Part shown: positions 43,491 to 57,155 of the stretch, piece after piece
Numbering within the stretch: the first letter of the stretch is position 1
Layout of the letters: each line of letters begins with the position of its first letter
Assembly: GCA_951406725.2 (NCBI GenBank)
Contig: OX597816.1
Coordinates: forward strand, 18,352,001 to 18,416,000
Direction of reading: 5' to 3'
DNA from: Octopus vulgaris
Taxonomy: Eukaryota
Length of the DNA: 64,000 nucleotides
Notes under the pieces: generated by a model
Seen by the model: only the letters and a program-made list of their open reading frames with translations
Databases searched by the model: none
What the model was told of the DNA's origin: nothing
Translations under genes and position numbers: made by a program

Positions 43491-44149
43491 TATTTCTATA
43501 CAATGACGTATACATATGTGTACACCCGAGGGGCGACACAAACACACACCTTCGTCAGACATATATACGGAAATATGGATGCAAACACGCACACACATAG
43601 ATTTTTATGTAGGCAGATTTATGAGTGCTATGCTAGCAATTCGACAGTTTGGGTCTTTGGAACGTCTGTCGAATACAGTAAAGATTTTCATTTATACTTC
43701 TACACAGATATATATTTCTATACGCACACATATATATTCGCATACGCAGGAATCTGATTTACGTATGTTTACAAATATATGAATGATGCCTATATGGTGG
43801 CTTCTACACAATTATTCCATTAATGTGTACACAAAAATATATTTAATATAGTACGCATATACTACAATCAAGAGTCTATACAACCTCACAGCGTTCCATA
43901 TATGTCCAGCGTTACATATATGCATAAAATAATAGTTATTTATATATATATATATATATATATAATATAATTTATATAATATATAATAATATGGTATAAT
44001 ATAATGTATGTATAATGTAATATATATGTATGTATGTCCATGATAAACGTGAAGGTGGATGCAAAAGCTGAAAAGAAAAAAAAAGAAAACTAGAGGTGTG
44101 TTTTGACCGCAAAGCTATTATACATTTACATGATTTAGAATGAATCAAC

Positions 44150-44475
44150 GGCGAGGATTTTAACGTCTGTGATACAGATCTGGAAATCAGCGGTAAGAAA
44201 CTGTTCTGGAATTTAGTAGTGCGGTGGAATTCATAGATCAAAAAAGGATATGCAGCTTTTCTGCTACGCATCAGTTGCATTTCTTAGATCCATTAATATA
44301 GAACATGGATTTTCCTACGATTTTTCTCTTCGCTCTACGTGGCCTAGAGTTAGTCTTCAAACCCCATATGTGGCTAGCCAAATTAATGGCTTTACTTTTG
44401 TCGATATACCGAAAAGAAGATAGGTGGTTTGCAAAGTATCTTTTGAAGTTTTCCTCGTAATTCTTCATTTCAGTT
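44150..44475 (-). pseudogene. Penelope-like element GIY-YIG endonuclease C-terminal remnant
   Basis: FKRYFANHLSSFR..LASHIWGLK..KIVGKS..YINGSKKCN*CVAEKLHILF*..LLNSRT resembles the motif series FKxRxxNHxxSFR / LSxxIWxLK / CxLCxxEK / LLNxRxE of PLE endonucleases. It contains stops. Confidence 0.82.
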
Positions 44476-44555
44476 GCTTTATCCACAATGCATAAAAATA
44501 CCACTACCGCGTAACTGTATACTGTGTTCACTAAACAATATTTCGTTCACTCTCT

Positions 44556-44618
<63 letters not shown>

Positions 44619-44848
44619 TGTATACCAACATACGTACACTCACATGCGTTCCTATAGAAAAATATAATGATAAAAATTTAAAGCTCATAGATTTATGCAA
44701 CTTCTTTGGTTTTCAGTATACATACCTATGCATACATATATCTAAAACTATAATTCTATGTGCCGATTGTATTCTAAATCAAAATTTGGTTGCGTATTCA
44801 TATGTGTTTCACTTAGAATAACAGTAGTGCATCAGTATATAGCATAAT

Positions 44849-45317
44849 TCGTATTCGGTTCGATATGTGTTCCCCCCAGCTGGAGGGGACGCCAGGTCAT
44901 CGCAGCGTTACTCAAGAAACAGGAAGAGAGAGTGAGAGAAAGTTGTGGCGAAGGAGCACAACAAGGGTCGCCACCATCCCCTGCCGGAGCGTCGTGGAGC
45001 TTTGGGTGTTTCCGCTCAATAAACACACACAACTCCCGGTCTGGGAATCGAAACCGCGATCCTCCGACAGCAAGACCGCTGCCTTAACCACTGGGCCATT
45101 TTAAAGCCAAGCCAGACTCATGGGCCCGGTTTCCCGGTTTCAATGGCGTATGTGTTCCCCAGCTGGACGGGACGCCAGTCCATTGCAGCGTTACTAATCG
45201 CAACGAGAAATGAAGTGTTTTGCTCAAGAACACAACGCGTCGACTGGTCTAGGAATCGAAACCACAATCTTACGATCATGATGCTGACACTTTAACCACT
45301 ATACCACGCGCCTCCAC
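44849..45317 (-). mobile_element. Heterodimeric SINE: family C (45317-45103) followed by family D (45101-44849) within one 12-bp TSD
   Basis: ATATAGCATAAT at 44837-44848 and 45318-45329. Two tRNA-like heads. Confidence 0.88.
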
Positions 45318-46540
45318 ATATAGCATAATACTAAGCATATATTTGAATAGTAAAGAAGGAAACCTATAGGTTTTCATAACAATAGTAGGGCAGTTGTATT
45401 ATTGACACGCTTACTGCAAACGTGGTTCAACGAAAGATAAATACATAATAAAATACCCAGATAGAGGTCAGGATATGAATTGTAGGATACAAATATGTTT
45501 ATGATATAATTTGATAAGTTGTCATGACTTTCGTGTCTACTCGATAGATGTCCCATGAAAGCAAGTTATTTTTATTAAAGAATTAGGGATATTGGTATAG
45601 ATCATAGTATATATCGGTGGAACGCAGATGGTGCATGCCTATAAGGGAATCCAGCGAAACACCCCGATGAATTTAAATACCTCAGCAATATAGAACTCTT
45701 AGTAATTTTATGTTCACATTCGTATGATCAAATTTTAAACGATGGAATATTTGCGTCAGTATGTTAAAATTTTGAATCCGGAAAATAGTCCACTTCATAG
45801 CTACTGATATTAAAATATCCACTCCATATAATCGTCTAATTAATATTGTAGTTGAAAATACCATGATGGACTTTATATGGTTGCAAATAGCATTTTTGCT
45901 CCGTTTCATTTTCTGTTTGAATGAATAAATATTTCTCGTCTCTGATTAAAATCACTTTCAATGACTTCAGTTTTGATGTCTGGTGAACCTTTACTAAAAA
46001 TATTTCTAATAAATATCATCTGAAATTCTAATCAAATTGATACAGGAATGAGGACTATTAGAACTAGCATTCCAATGGAAAAGAGCTGAATATACATGCA
46101 TAACACAGCATGTATTTGGATGCTATTGTTGACGTCATTGCTGCTTATCCACATTATTTATTTGAAAAGCATGCTTATACATCTTTTCATTAAATGATAT
46201 TTTCAATTTCTTTACCGTTGTCTTTGGGTAAATTCATACATATTCTAGTTAAGTAGTTAGTATTTTCGAAAATGTAATTTATAAACTAATTTGCTTTACC
46301 ATAAACACTATAACTGTTTGAATCAACGTTAAAGGCAGTATTAAAATGTTTACGAAATTAGTTTTTGATACGAAATTCTTGAGACAATTATACTTTCTTC
46401 TACATACAAAGAAAATTTACGATTTATAAATTTGTTAGCTAAATGTGATCGTCTCATTCAATTCTTAATTATGTACTTTAAAGTTAAAGTTAATCAGAAA
46501 TAAAAATACTCTACTTTTTCCTCTGTGTATCGTCAAACTC

Positions 46541-46665
46541 ATGTATGTATGTATGTATGTATGTATGTATGTATGTATGTATGTATGTATGTATGTATGT
46601 ATGTATGTATGTATCGATCGATCTATCTATCTATCTATCAATATATATATATATATATATATATA
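46541..46665. repeat. (ATGT)n/(ATCT)n/(TA)n microsatellite
   Basis: Directly visible. Confidence 0.95.
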
Positions 46666-49600
46666 CTATGTATGTATATGTGTGTTGGAATATAGATATG
46701 TACGTATGTACGTATATATATATATATATATTTATATATATGTATACATACATACTATGTATGTATATGTTGGAATATAGATATGCACGTATGTATGCAA
46801 GAATGAGTGTGTCTGTGTGTGTATCTGTAATTGATACATATGGTACTTAACGTAATTGCTATTTGAGAAAGAGCTAAAATGCCGGAATTTAAATTGTTTT
46901 ATATTTATTCACGTCCTCTAAGGTTACGATAGAATCATATTAATACATATCATATTATCTTCAACACCATGATATATTATACATAAATTAATGAGCATTT
47001 AATGTAGTTATCTTTATTCATTAATAAAGATTATTTAAATATTACAGTTTAGTTTTAAAATTCGTTTTAAAAAGGATATTAAAATAAATTATGCATTGTT
47101 TACGTAAAATATATTGAAAAATTCAATTCACAAACTAATAATGAAATAAAAGAATTTTCGCTATGGAAACACAAGTAATATTATTCTGATAATATGTTTC
47201 CATTTAATTTTTTGCTGTCTAATATTTGGCTGCAAAACATAGAATATTATAATAGAAATATTAACTCTGCAAATAAAAATAAAATGTTTGCTCCTAATCG
47301 TTAAAAATAGGGAAAATATAGGAATTTAATGCACTATATATTCTATTATTCCTAGCTATTTCTCACCTCGTTATTTTCATCTTTATTGCTCAATGTTCCT
47401 CATAAGTGTGAAAAATAAATACCAAAATAGAAGTCCTGTATATTTCTATAAGATTCTCAATGTAGAAATCATTGAAAGAACCAATACTCTACAACATCAG
47501 GTGAATGTTATACAGTAAACACTGCATATAAAATTACTTGATAGTTTATAATTTTCATAGAGGTAAAATGCAAAAGAAAGTAAATGTTATCACTGGTAGT
47601 CCTATGTCATTTCATTTCATGATCAAGTATTCTATCTTACCAAGAAATAACTTAAGATATAATGTGGACGTTCGCTTAACGACTCTCGGATCTAGAATAT
47701 TTATTCTTCTGATGCATCATGGATTGAAATTAAATCTACAATATTTGAGGTTTGCGACTTCCATATACTTGGAAATTTTAAATATTCATTAAACGTAGAC
47801 ACACAGCAAACATGCTTGCAAGCAAATACACAATCACAAGCATTTATACATATGTGTACCTTGCGCACACAGGTATCCATGCACGTAAGTATGTGTGGTA
47901 TTAACAACGAATAAATATAGATATAAAAGAAGTAGTTTAACGGATTAAGGCGTAAGAAAACTTGTGCATACATTCAAACACACACATGCGTGTATTTGTG
48001 TGAGTGTGTGTGTGTGTGAATCGTGTGTGTATTTGTAGTGGTTAATGATTTAATACTGTTTCCAGCTAAATTGAATAAAAACATTTTAATTAAAATTACA
48101 GGGCGACAACTTTGCACATGTATCAGATCCATTTTACCTGAAGATCATAATGAAGCATAGTGAAACCATTTCTGCCATATCTTAACATGTTGTGTGTGAG
48201 AGAGAGAGAGTATAATTTTAATGAATAAGCACTATGCAGTGTCCTAGTATACTATGCTATATCCACTGGAAATATACTCCAGATATACTCACAATTTTGT
48301 AAGATGTTATGAATTATATAACAGAAATATTAGTTCCCGTTTCCCCTTATAAATGTAGTTCAAATCGACTCTTTTACAGTCCTTAAATTGGTTATTTCGG
48401 TTGAAGAACGGATAGGGTACCTCACGGAGATTATTAAATCTTTGTGGTCTGAATCTAAATCCTGCCAAGATCATCTTTGCATTTATTTCTTTCGAGGTCG
48501 ATAAAAGTGTGTTATAGAGCATCTGAAGCGTACGAATAGCGGACCGGATGTGGTGCGCAATTTAATTCGGTTCTGTTTTCAAGCCTTGCTTTTACTTTCT
48601 CATGTTGGATAATTATTCCATCGCCCATATCACTTTGTTTCACACGTGGATTCTTTGGCGGAATCCAATCTATTACAAGCTTCTAGATCAGGTCGCTGGG
48701 TCGAGTATTCCTTTCCTCTCACTCACAAACATATACGGACATTTTATAAAGTATTATGAGCGGTTCTTTCTCTCCTAATATGATAAATAAACGAATACGA
48801 AGACATATGCTTCTAGGAGCTTCTTACTTCTCTTCTGACTATTTCTTGTGTCAATTATTATACAGAAATCATTTCTCATAGCTATATACTTATGAGATCC
48901 CTTTAAATGGTAGTTACTCATATTTAAATGCAGTACGATGAAGATTATTATATACAGGCATACAATATGCGCAGAAATGCTGTATAGGACGATGAAGCAA
49001 ATGTAAATAGTGCAGAAAATGGTGACAAAGCTTTTGGAAGTCATAAATATTAAGCCTATTCAATTTCTGACGCTCCTGTCTTTCTCTAAATTATTGTAAT
49101 ATTGTCCATCCTGTCCTTCTTTGATAAGATGCCAGAGGTTGATTTGACGCGTATGCAGCTACAATTCCTAGCTAATCGAGAAAATGCACAGAAGCTGCCT
49201 ATATGTTTTCATCCCATGGTAATATGTAATTAAATATGTTCTATTTAGAACCAACCTTTTTTTTTTTGTCACCTTTAATTTTTGTAGTTGCATTGCCTGT
49301 TTTCATGCTAGTATTTGCAAGTAACGCAACTATCAGAGGGTACTCATGCTTACTTGTCTGCTTCGCTGTAGATGGCAACGTTACAAGAATGTAAGCATCA
49401 AAAGAAGCATAGATATAAACTGCCATTAACAACACTTTGTGACATCGACAATATGTTTACATCTTATTTAGTTGATGCCATAAATTTATCGGCTAGCATT
49501 AAGAAAAATCCATATAATTTTAGCTCACTTCCAATAGTTTAATTATCAAATTATAAAGTATAATGGTAGCTACGTCTTAAAAATGGATGTTAAATCATAT

Positions 49601-52600
49601 TAACATATCCTAGAAACACAATTGTGTTCTAATGCAATCAAACTACGCAAAGGGTTACGTCACACGAAGCATCGTAATGTTATATTGAATTATAGAACAA
49701 ATAATTTTCACTCACAGATATTTATAATTCACATGGAAACTAAAACAAAATTTTAGATTATTTTGTTATCAGTATTTAATTATGGCTATTCTTTAAATAC
49801 CATTGACATAAAGTTTCTGTTATTATTCGAGGTTTCCAAATATTTTATTTTGACAAAAAGAATTTTATTATCATAACAATCTCTGACAGATTTTTTATAA
49901 TGGATGGTATTTTATAATCGCCAGCGTCCATGCATATTCAAATTGCAATATCATTTTCACTATCAAGCGTAACGTATAAGAAACGATTAAATGAATTCTT
50001 ATTTTCTAATCTGAAATCTTTGTCATTTTTTTTATCGTTATAAAATATTCTATGCTATACCTATTCTAAATTAATTTTTTCATGATTCTGTCGTTTATTT
50101 ACAATCAAATTCATGACTTCGAATAGGAGGTTGCTTCGTATGAGGAGACATGGGTATTCATAGTGTAACTCGACTAGTATTTAGTGTTACCCAGCAGTGC
50201 TAAGTCCACGGCAAGCACATCATAACATAATTGAGTTTGCTGAGATTTATATAACTCTGAGAGGCTTAAGTTAAATCATTTCTATAAAGACCAAATATAT
50301 GCATTAATCCAATGAGTTACAAATTGAGGAATAAAATGATATGAAGGTGATTACATATTCCATAATGATCCTAGTCACTTTTATAGCAAAATTCAAGTTA
50401 TAAATTTCCTGAACAATGATTAGTTTGAAACTTCTATAAAATGCACTTAGGACAGTACTGTATTGTAAATCAGAGTACGATAAAATGTATTATCAGTCAA
50501 GTACTATCATTGATATAATAGATTTACTCTTCTCCTTAAAATTGTTGGAATTGTGCAAAAATTACAAAGAATAATATGAACGTATGTAAACAAATTACCT
50601 CCATAATATAAGTTACTGTTTAAGCCCAATTCACCGCTCAACAACTGAATCTAGAATGTTGAAGCTGATATTTCCTGAATATTAAAGGGCTACGCATACA
50701 GCTAATTTACTGTGTATGGTTAGTCACTCGTACTAAAGACGCCAAGACTCTCCATATTGTTTGTTGCAGAAGGAAGACGGGGAATAAACATAATGAGACG
50801 GAATTGCAGAAAATAATATTAGAAAACGAGGAGTAATACTATCATTTTGTTATAGACGAGTTATTGTTTAAATTGAATACCAACAAGAATTATCATCTGA
50901 AATTTCGTTGCAATTTGGAGACATTAAATTGCCAAAGCAGCGTCGTATAATTGAGGTATATTGTAGCTGTAATGATTTATTTTCCCCTAAACCTCGTTGT
51001 GTATTTTTTTTTGTTGCAAAGCTTTATTAATTCTAAGGGAAATGCAATTTCTTATGATATGGCAGAAAAGTATGAAAGGTAATTCCTTGATTTCGCGTAC
51101 AATATAGTCGTGACTTCTTCATAATTAACCCCACATATTATTTTAGATAATTATTTCTCAGTCGAAATAGCACCTGCTTGGAAAGCAGTATGTTTGCCAA
51201 AATTAATTAGTTACTTAATAATTTTAGCAAAGTATGTTTGAAAGGAATATATTTGTAGCCACATTACAAAAAGGATTGTATTACAAATATGAAAAAAAAT
51301 CGAAACGAGGAAATGTAGGTGACAAGGCAGGTGAAATCTTATAAACATGTTGTCATATTATGTTTGTGGGCCTGGAGCTCTCATTTATAATATGATTATT
51401 GTAGAAGTTTGCAACAATATAATTCTGATTAAGATGACTTCCTATAATGGTGTTGATTATCATTACACAAAGGCATCAACTGTTATAACTAAAATATCCC
51501 TTTTACAGTTATACCAATCCTTAAAACTACAGTTAATTGGTATTTAATATCTCAGACAATGCAAACTTGGACAATGTCTCAAAACGAAAGGAACACAGCG
51601 GATAACATTTTTAATATTCAGAAATAGGAGCTCTTCGCAAGTTCCTATCAAGAGATAGTTGAGGTTAGTCTTAAATCTGTAAATTAGATCTCTATAGATA
51701 TTCAGATATTAGAGGTCGAGATTATGTTTGCTAGGTTTCAATTTGGAGATGTTAAATTTCCAAAGCAGCGTCGTATAATTGGGGTATATTGTATGTATAA
51801 GGACTTACTTTCAAATTCATTTGAAATTAACTATTGTTTTTGTTTTAACTTTAGTTATAAAAGATAATAATGTAGAAGCGCAACTTGGGTAGATTATCAC
51901 AAAGTTTTTGCTTGGTGATACGTTCCTCTCAAATTGGGAAGGAAAGGTTATATGAAATACTAGAAGGGCGTTGTATATTTGCTTGTGACAGGTTGAGCGG
52001 GAGAAAATTTAGATAAGCATGAATTTTTAAGTAAGTTCCTGTAAAGACTTGGCGAGTGAATAATTTTTACATTCCAACTGTAACAGAAATACCATAAAGA
52101 TTCTGTATCTCCTCATTGTAAAGTATCACCAACTAGACGTGGTTTTCTTATTTTCTGCTTAAAAGAAATTTCCATCAATGAATATAGATTTTGCAAAGAA
52201 ACCTTTGGGATACAGATTTGATGCAACACTTTCAGATGCAGGTTTATCAATAATGCCTGTGTGTGGTTATCTTAATTATCTTTCGATATCGTGCAATTTG
52301 CGAGAGTTGTAGCCGATTGTATGGCTTCTGCATCATTGCAGAAGGGTTTTATTTTGTTATTTGTTCTTGTAAGACATTTTGTTTGGTATATATAATAACG
52401 ACCTATTGGATATGTGCTTTCATCCCTGTGCCATGGTGCTTTACAAATCATTATTAATCAGAGAGCTGTTAGCTCTTGGTGTGGACCGCCATTTTAAATG
52501 TAAACAACGCGCTGATAATAATCTATTCGTAAAGTAAGTTAAGTTTATTCTGTACATAAATATGCATTTGGATACCAAAGTGATAATGTTAAATCTAGAA

Positions 52601-53861
52601 AGATATATATTTATGTTATGATCACATTATAGAAAAATCTCAAATTAATAAAATAACTATGTATCTTAGAATGATGCGGCGAGAAACAGTATGCAAATCA
52701 CCTAAATTGCTATATCAAAATTGATAGGCTATCGTTTGTTTACTTCAGAGATAACAACATACTGTCCTTATTGCTGAGTGTGACAAATGTTTTTAAAACA
52801 ATATATGAAAGTTGGTTGGGTTATTTTAAATGTGAATGAAAAGTGAAATGATAACAAAGGAATCGATTGTTTTCAATTGTTATAGATATTGTTTCGACGT
52901 CATCTATGCTGATGCAAATTAATGAAGTGATATAAGTTAGAGAATTGATGCAATTTAAATAAATGAGGGAAAATATATTATGAATCTCTCAGAAGTAATG
53001 AAGTATGGCTGCTAAGACACACTACGAGTTTTATCATTAACTGCGTACATACAGTTATTGATTGTGGTCATTCGGCTATTATCAGCCAATGTCTCATGTC
53101 AACAGCAGCGGTATAATGGATTCGAAATCTGGTAAAAAGCCAGCAGATTTTGACAGGAGATGGAAATCGATTATGTTGACATCCATACTTGTCAGTTTCT
53201 TTTTTTTATCTTTCTCAAACGATGAAAAGGAAAGTCTACCTCAGGGTATTGTTCATGATGACGCATGTTACAATATAAATATATTTTTTCATAGTCATAT
53301 TAGTAATTGTAGAAATATACACTATGGTAGAGAATTACGAAGCCACCAATCAAATCAAATCACCAATATTTCAGGCATTATAACCTAACTAAATTAACCA
53401 GTGAAACGTAAATCTCCCGAGCTCTGGAATTTAAACACGGTGTATGGCAGATGCTTTCTGATTGAAATTAATGCAGATAGCAATAAAGTCCATGGGATTT
53501 TTTTCTGCCTTTCACTGTCTCTAATTATCCGACTTGGAATATGTAAATCATTATATGTTACAGATCACTGAGGAATTTTCTCCACTTGGAAGATTGATTT
53601 TATATATATCATTATTATTTAACGTTGATGTATTCACGTAGCATATCGATTTCATTCTAATAATATCCCAAGGGAATATTGTTTACTTTATTTAACTTAT
53701 GATCCTTATTATAAAATATATTTTACTGAATAAATAGTTAAGATGCCCCAAGTTTTATGAATATATCAACAGTTTCAGTGAATGGGAATAATCTATACCC
53801 TAAAGCTACAGGATAATTTATTCGCACTGAATACAAGTAGCAAAAGACAGGGGCTACATAC

Positions 53862-53978
53862 TTGTGAATAACTCCGTTTTGAACATTGTAACTGTATTAG
53901 GTGCAGACTGAGGAGTGTGATACGGAGTACCAGGAGCCAGAAGTTAACTTTCGCTTCTGCGTAGTCTCTTGGTTTACG
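53862..53978 (-). CDS. Candidate 117-nt coding exon (hydrophobic, signal-peptide-like)
   Basis: Acceptor tctttgtgcag, donor CAA|gtatgt, open phase 0/0: RKPRDYAEAKVNFWLLVLRITLLSLHLIQLQCSKRSYSQ. No homology recognised. Confidence 0.2.
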
Positions 53979-54229
53979 CTGCACAAAGACTATCAATTTA
54001 ACTTCAAGGGTTAGCAAAAATTCATTATTTGTATATGTTTGATCCTATTCAGTTATAGTAAAATCGATGCTGTATACTTCAAACATATGCCCCTGTTAGT
54101 CATAACAGAAAAAAAGTTCTTAGTAATATCGATTGAATGATTATTAATCCACAATAAGTTAATATATCATGAACGACTGACAGATAGCAAAAAAAATATC
54201 AGTTATTAACCCAGATTGATTTGACAATA

Positions 54230-54425
54230 TGTTATGTCGCACGTTCGGATGCCTCTACTACTTAACCATTCTCTCGATGTCTACTCTCCGACTGCTACTC
54301 AAAGCTGCTCTCGAATCCTCTCTACTCTCACCGCTACTCAACTGTTCTTTCGACGTCTAGGCTTCTCCCTCTATATCTACGTATTGGGCTAGCCTACTTC
54401 ATCGTCAGGGCGCGTCCACGCAACA
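54230..54425. mobile_element. Solo LTR (~196 bp) with 5-bp TSD CAATA
   Basis: TGTT...AACA termini, CAATA at 54225-54229 and 54426-54430, homologous to 10908-11113. Confidence 0.87.
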
Positions 54426-57029
54426 CAATACATCCGTTTTGTTTGTTGCTTGACCTGCTAAAAACAGAAGCTACACTTTTCTTGATACACATATTTGTTC
54501 CCTGTATGCTATAATGGTCCGCGACCATCTTCTGTTTCGCTCGCACGTCCTAGCAAGTTATGAGTTGATCTTCCTGAAACCAACTAGCAACTCCACCAGT
54601 ATCTCTGTTGCCTTCTTCCTTTCAACTTCCCTTCAAATTTTCCTGAATATTTAAAGCTTTGACATTTCACATTCTGTCTAATGCAACATTCACCTCCTTA
54701 TGATGTTAAAATATTTTCTGCTGTTTCCTGCGCCTTTAAGAACTTCCACTTTCCCTAATCTATCTATAAATAATATCTCTAGCATTCGAAATCAAAAGCC
54801 ATCATCTGAAATGAATAAAAAACACGCTATGAAATAATGCATATTGTACAAATATCTAAAATACAAGATGTCAAACGCGTTTGATTACATGACTTCTCGA
54901 TCGGGGTTGACGTTAGGTTAACAACAATAACAAAACTTTTGTTGTATTTTGTTTTATATGAATAATATATTTTGGAGATCATACTGATACCACCGAATTC
55001 AGATATATTTTGAAAGCAGAATTCGAAAATGATTTCCAGCAGATGTTACGTTATTTTTCGAATTTGACGTTGTGATGTATATTGATAACTTTAAAATATA
55101 TAAATACAAGAATATTTTTTGGGAAACATTACGAAATATTTGAAAAGTGTATGTTATGAAACAATTTCGCGTGGTTTAATGACGGAATTTGTCACGATAT
55201 CATGCAACGAATGTAATAGACTCTATACGAGATATTGTATGCATCCGGTAAAGTGTATTCGTGAATATATGTAAGTAGATTAACAATGTTTATGCTATAC
55301 ACCCACAAATACACTCACGAGTACACACACATACACACGCACACAAATACATACATATATACGCCGTGTGCATATCTATTCATACGGCTATATAATAAAC
55401 ATCTGTGAATATGTTAATACAGTTTTCTTTCAATTTATTTTCATACAAACATAAACACAAAACACTTATCGATTTATTTTTCGCATACAAGCATTTTCAT
55501 AACGACAAGTATTGCCGCTCTGAAACTGTACATATCATGTACATACAGTAAGCGTGATATACCTAGCTGTGTGCTTATATACGTATTGATAAGACCTTTA
55601 TAAAATAGATGTAAAAATAAATAAAAAGTACTAAAAATATTGAAAAAAACTGAGGGAGAAACTATGCTGTTACTTCATCCAACTGTGTTAATTATGAATA
55701 TTTTAGATTCCTGGCAGTATTTTCATAAATCTCTGATTTATTTAATGATTTCTTGTCGCATGCTGTCTGGTATGCTGGCATTCTAGATCTTTCGAATAAA
55801 TGAAGTCAAATAGATATCTAATATAGGTGCATTAGTTAAATGTATTGGAAAATGTCTTTTCCTTTAAAAGTGTCTGCTAAATAATATGAAATAATAATGT
55901 GACGTCGCTTCTTTTTATTAACAGTTGGAGCCATAATGAATTTTGTAGTGTTTAAGTTTTTAGAAAAATATAAAATATATTAGCAAAATTTTATTGGATT
56001 GTTCGTCGTCCGTTACATAATATAGTGCAAGTAGAGGCCAGTGGTTTTATTAAGATTTATAAGAGTCTGTAGTTTTCAATGCTACTTACTATTATGTAGA
56101 GAAGCGTAATTCTTTTCCGTGGTTGCATTGAATCTCTTTTAGTTAAAACTAAATGAACATTTTTCTTAAATACTCCACTTCTATATCTATTTATGCACGA
56201 TGACTGCACAATTATGTAAACACTTTATTAGCTATATCTATTTAATATAATCTAAGCTATTCACGGTGATATATTGATATGTCTAACAACTTTAGTTAAT
56301 AACATCAATGAATGAAGCAATGTCAGCCAGTACTGATGCAAATAATAAAGACATAATTAAATGTTCAGAATATCCACGCAATAATGCGCTTAGCAAAGAA
56401 ATGTTTCAATGACAAATGTTATACTGTATTAAATAAGCGTAACAGTAATAAACATGCATGTTTGTTCAATAAGTGAGAGGTCATTACTGACTGAGAAAGA
56501 TGCGATTTTTGAATGTAAGTCATATTTTCTTGATTTGTTCACGCAATTCTACGCTCTGCCGATGAACTATACATATCATTCCTCCTACTGCAATTGTTAC
56601 TATATATCTGAATGGATATGGAAACACGGGCAAGGCTGCGCTGTAGGAAAACACAACGGATAAGCTACAGTACCGTATAAACGTTGTATGCTATGTAACT
56701 GGAGTCACACTTACTGCAGATCGCACCCTGACAAATGAATACATTGAATATTGTAACCAGCGATACATTTTTATATGAAAGAATCACTAGTAATAACTAA
56801 AATGGATGGGATTCTCATATGTATTTGGTGTCAGAGTCGGCATACTGATGAACAATAACAGCTGAAGTAAAAGTAACAATTTAGTAATGATTCGCAACCA
56901 GCATCTGAGCACGCTAGTCCTAAAATATAAACTCTGAATTTGTACCGTATTCTGCTGATATATATTTTCATCGCTATCACATTGAGGAGTTTTACAACTT
57001 TTGAATGTTCATCATTGAATGCTAAACAA

Positions 57030-57155
57030 AACGGGGAGCTGGCCGAAACAATAGCATGCCGGACAAAATTCAGAGCGGCTGTCCTTCTTATCGTTCTGAG
57101 CTCGAAATCCACGGAGGTGGACTTCGCCTTTCATCGTTTCGGCATCAATAAAATA
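57030..57155 (+). mobile_element. Old family A SINE
   Basis: GGGGAGCTGGCCGAA..GTTCTGAGCTCGAAATCC..GCCTTTCATCGTTTCGG. Confidence 0.75.

Noticed and set aside
43972-44280. RTTKFQNSFLP as a CR1/L2 C-terminal motif
   Set aside because: It is an alternate frame of the better-supported Penelope-like endonuclease remnant.
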